DNA of 62,538 bases, counting the filler, from Deltaproteobacteria bacterium (GTDB lineage: Bacteria; JAUYMQ01): assembly GCA_030698575.1 (NCBI GenBank). It is 11 parts of 11 records of this genome, joined end to end, with 100 filler letters (N's around TTAATTAATTAA, not from the genome) between each part and the next. Parts side by side here need not be neighbours in the genome. Positions count along the whole stretch, not along the records: positions 57,018 to 62,538 come from JAUYMQ010000155.1; 10 more parts are not named here. One strand, given 5' to 3'. The first letter of the stretch is position 1; every line of letters starts with the position of its first letter. This document shows positions 59,793 through 62,538 of this stretch, in pieces. The notes under the pieces were generated by a model. It had not been told where the DNA came from and ran no database searches. It was given only the letters and a program-made list of their open reading frames with translations. Both the position numbers and the translations under genes were made by a program.

Positions 59793-62538
59793 ATGACTGC
59801 CAAGGCAATTGAAGTTCGCGGCGCCCGCCAGAACAACCTGAAGGATCTGGACATCGATCTGCCCCTCGAGCGGCTGATCGTCGTCACGGGGCTCTCGGGG
59901 TCGGGCAAGTCGTCGCTGGCGCTCGACACGCTCTACGCCGAGGGGCAGCGTCGCTACATCGAAAGCCTTTCGACCTACGCGCGGCAGTTTCTTGTCAGGC
60001 TTCCGAAGCCCGACGTCGACTCGATTCGGAACATTCCGCCCGCCATCGCCATCGTGCAGCACAACCCCGCGAAGAACAGTCGATCGACGGTCGGCACGAG
60101 CACCGAGGTTTACGACTACCTCCGGCTCCTCTGGGCCAAAGTCGGAACCGTGTGGTGCGCGGAGTGCGATCGGGCGGTCCGGGCCATGTCTCCCAGTCCC
60201 GCCGCGCTCCAGATCGTCGGCGAGCATACGGGCGGCAGGGCCTATGTCGTTTTTCCGGTCGGCAAGGCTTCCATTGATCAGCTGAAGGAACTTCCCGCCC
60301 GCGGATTCACCCGCTTCCTGGCGGGCGGCAAGATGCTCCGCCTTCCCGACAGCGCTGAGGACGCGGAGGCGTTGTGGCGCAAGCTCGCGAGAGCGCGGGA
60401 CGGGGCGGTGGTGGTCGATCGCCTCGCGATCTCGGAGGAGAGCCGCGGGAGGCTCGCCGAGGCGCTCGAGACGGCCTTTGCCGAGGGGAACGGGGTCGCG
60501 GAAGTCCGCCTGGTGGACGGTCCCACCCTCCGGTTCGTGAACGATCTTCGCTGCACGGGCTGCCACCGCGCCTTCGAGGCCCCGACCCCGAAGCTCTTTT
60601 CGTTCAACAGCCCCCATGGCGCATGTCCGACCTGCCGGGGGTTCGGCAACACGCTCGACTACGACGAACTGCTCATCGTCCCCGACAGCGGACGCTCGCT
60701 TGCGCAGGGGGCCATCGATCCGTTCACGAAACCGAGCCTCGCGCACTGGCAGCGCCGCATGCTGGCCGCGGCGAAAGGGGCGAAGGTGAAGGTCGACCTG
60801 CCCTGGCGGTCGCTCACGAAGCGGGAGCGGGAGTGGGTCATGCGCGGCGAGCGCACCCGGTCGGGGCAGGTGAAGCGCGGGGGATTCGGCGGTGCGCTCG
60901 GGCTGTTCGAGCGGCTCGAGGCCAAGCGATACAAGCTTCACGTGCGGGTGTTTCTCTCGCGCTACAAATCACAGAGCCCCTGCACGGACTGCGGCGGCCG
61001 GAGGCTCCGGGCCGAGGCTTACGCTGTAAGGCTCGGCGGCCTGGATATCGCGGCCGCCTGCAGGATGCCGGTCAACGAATCGCGCCGCTTCTTCGCGGAT
61101 CTCGCCCTCGATGCGCAGGAAGCCGACATCGCGCACGAGGTTTTGAAGCAGGTCCGCGCCAGACTCGAGTTCCTGGAGAAGGTGGGGCTCAGCTATCTCA
61201 CGCTCGACCGGCTGACCCGGACGCTTTCGGGCGGCGAGGCGCAAAGAATCCAGCTTGCGGGTCAGCTCGGATCGCAGCTGGCCGGCACGCTCTACGTGCT
61301 CGACGAGCCGAGCGTGGGTTTGCACGCCCGTGACGCCCGGATGCTGATCGAGATTCTCTTCAAACTGCGCGACAACGGAAACACCGTTGTCGTCGTCGAG
61401 CACGATCGGGAGGTGATCCGGTCGTCCGATCACGTGATCGAGATGGGGCCGCAAGCCGGCGAACGGGGCGGAGCCGTGGTGTGGCAGGGCGCCCGGGAGA
61501 GTTTCGAGGCCTCGCCCACGCTCACCGCGCGATACCTCCGGGGGGAATTGCAGGTTGCGTCGAGCGAGGCGCGGCGTCCAGGCAACGGGAAGATGCTCGT
61601 GCTGACGGGCGCCCGCGAGCACAATCTGAAGGATCTGACGGTTCGCATCCCGCTCAACCGCTTCGTCTGCGTGACCGGCGTCTCGGGATCGGGGAAGAGC
61701 ACGCTCGTCCACAGGACGCTCGTGGGCGCGCTTTCGCGCCATTTTCAGATGCCTGTTGCCGAAGTCGGCGCGCACGACACGCTCGAGGGCGCGGAGCACC
61801 TGAAGGGCGTCGCGATGCTCGACCAGGCTCCGATCGGCCGCACACCGCGATCCAACCCCATCACCTATCTGAAAGCCTTCGATGAGATCAGGAAGCTCTT
61901 CGCTGCCGAGCCCCTTGCCCGTTCGCGCCGAATCGGATCTGGAAACTTCAGCTTCAACGTTCCCGGGGGCCGTTGTGAGACCTGCACGGGCGAGGGCTTC
62001 GTCCGCATCGACATGCACTTCCTTGAAGACATCTACGTTCGCTGTGAAGCCTGCCGGGGCCGCCGGTACCGCGAGGAGACTCTCGCGATCCTTCACAAGA
62101 GGCTCAACATTCACGAAACCCTCCAGCTCACGGCGAGGCAGGCGCTGAACCACTTCGCCGATCACCCCAGGCTCAGGCGTGTTCTCAGGCTGCTTGTTGA
62201 AGTGGGGCTCGGTTACCTCCGGTTGGGGCAATCCGCGAACACGCTTTCCGGAGGGGAGGCCCAGCGGCTCAAGATCGCCGCCGAGCTGTCCCAGGCCGGC
62301 CGCCGCGATTTCCTTTACGTGCTGGACGAACCGACCACCGGTCTGCACATGGACGATGTGAGGAAGCTGCTTGCCGTGCTCGACCGGCTGGTGCGGGCCG
62401 GAAACACAGTCCTGGTCATCGAGCACAATCTGGATGTTATCCGGACCGCCGATCTCGTCATCGACCTCGGCCCGGAGGGGGGCGACGAGGGAGGCCGAAT
62501 CGTCGCCGAGGGACCGCCCGAAGCCATCGCCCGCTGTG
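59793..62538 (+). CDS. uvrA: Excinuclease ABC subunit A (runs off window; absent from ORF track)
   Basis: RGARQNNLK, GLSGSGKSS, LYAEGQRRY, FSFNSPHGACPTC, LSGGEAQRI, LDEPSVGLH, second GVSGSGKST and LSGGEAQRLK. Confidence 0.96.
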   Translation, partial: MTAKAIEVRGARQNNLKDLDIDLPLERLIVVTGLSGSGKSSLALDTLYAEGQRRYIESLSTYARQFLVRLPKPDVDSIRNIPPAIAIVQHNPAKNSRSTVGTSTEVYDYLRLLWAKVGTVWCAECDRAVRAMSPSPAALQIVGEHTGGRAYVVFPVGKASIDQLKELPARGFTRFLAGGKMLRLPDSAEDAEALWRKLARARDGAVVVDRLAISEESRGRLAEALETAFAEGNGVAEVRLVDGPTLRFVNDLRCTGCHRAFEAPTPKLFSFNSPHGACPTCRGFGNTLDYDELLIVPDSGRSLAQGAIDPFTKPSLAHWQRRMLAAAKGAKVKVDLPWRSLTKREREWVMRGERTRSGQVKRGGFGGALGLFERLEAKRYKLHVRVFLSRYKSQSPCTDCGGRRLRAEAYAVRLGGLDIAAACRMPVNESRRFFADLALDAQEADIAHEVLKQVRARLEFLEKVGLSYLTLDRLTRTLSGGEAQRIQLAGQLGSQLAGTLYVLDEPSVGLHARDARMLIEILFKLRDNGNTVVVVEHDREVIRSSDHVIEMGPQAGERGGAVVWQGARESFEASPTLTARYLRGELQVASSEARRPGNGKMLVLTGAREHNLKDLTVRIPLNRFVCVTGVSGSGKSTLVHRTLVGALSRHFQMPVAEVGAHDTLEGAEHLKGVAMLDQAPIGRTPRSNPITYLKAFDEIRKLFAAEPLARSRRIGSGNFSFNVPGGRCETCTGEGFVRIDMHFLEDIYVRCEACRGRRYREETLAILHKRLNIHETLQLTARQALNHFADHPRLRRVLRLLVEVGLGYLRLGQSANTLSGGEAQRLKIAAELSQAGRRDFLYVLDEPTTGLHMDDVRKLLAVLDRLVRAGNTVLVIEHNLDVIRTADLVIDLGPEGGDEGGRIVAEGPPEAIARC

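Overview
This window is not one chromosome segment. It is 11 unrelated high-GC contigs joined by ten artificial 100-nt spacers (N44-TTAATTAATTAA-N44), so adjacency across spacers means nothing. Contig 1 (1-11767): a histone-deacetylase-family 5' end, an ArnT-like glycosyltransferase, three MGAT/DGAT2-like acyltransferases around an atypical SDR and an orphan ParA ATPase, a probably sigma54-driven animal-type heme peroxidase, a PAN-domain protein, an AhpD/CMD protein and a sulfatase. Contigs 2 and 8: virion modules of two different podovirus-like phages, one carrying a glycosyltransferase-methyltransferase fusion beside a Thr-rich repeat protein, the other a free-standing HNH endonuclease. Contig 3: a defence-island fragment (SNF2-DUF3883 helicase, remnants of AlbA-domain and DUF1156 genes, OLD-like ATPase). 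Contig 4: a multi-PAS/GAF sensor. Contig 5: rho, an M50 protease and a stand-alone DHp mini-protein. Contig 6: dnaE. Contig 7: a deltaproteobacterial-type chemosensory operon (cheW, very long MCP, zinc-ribbon pseudo-receiver, HEAT, cheR, cheB, GAF, cheY). Contigs 9-10: an MscK-like channel and acyl-CoA catabolism genes. Contig 11: M48 peptidase, sppA, uvrA. The best candidate for an under-described system is the ParA operon whose two downstream acyltransferases share an N-terminal LG[N/S]DPL[S/A]R peptide plus coiled coil, suggesting ParA-driven positioning of lipid-synthesis complexes or lipid bodies. Second is a putative virion-glycosylation module in phage 1. All family calls come from reading motifs by eye; no database search was run. 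No rRNA, tRNA or CRISPR array was seen.
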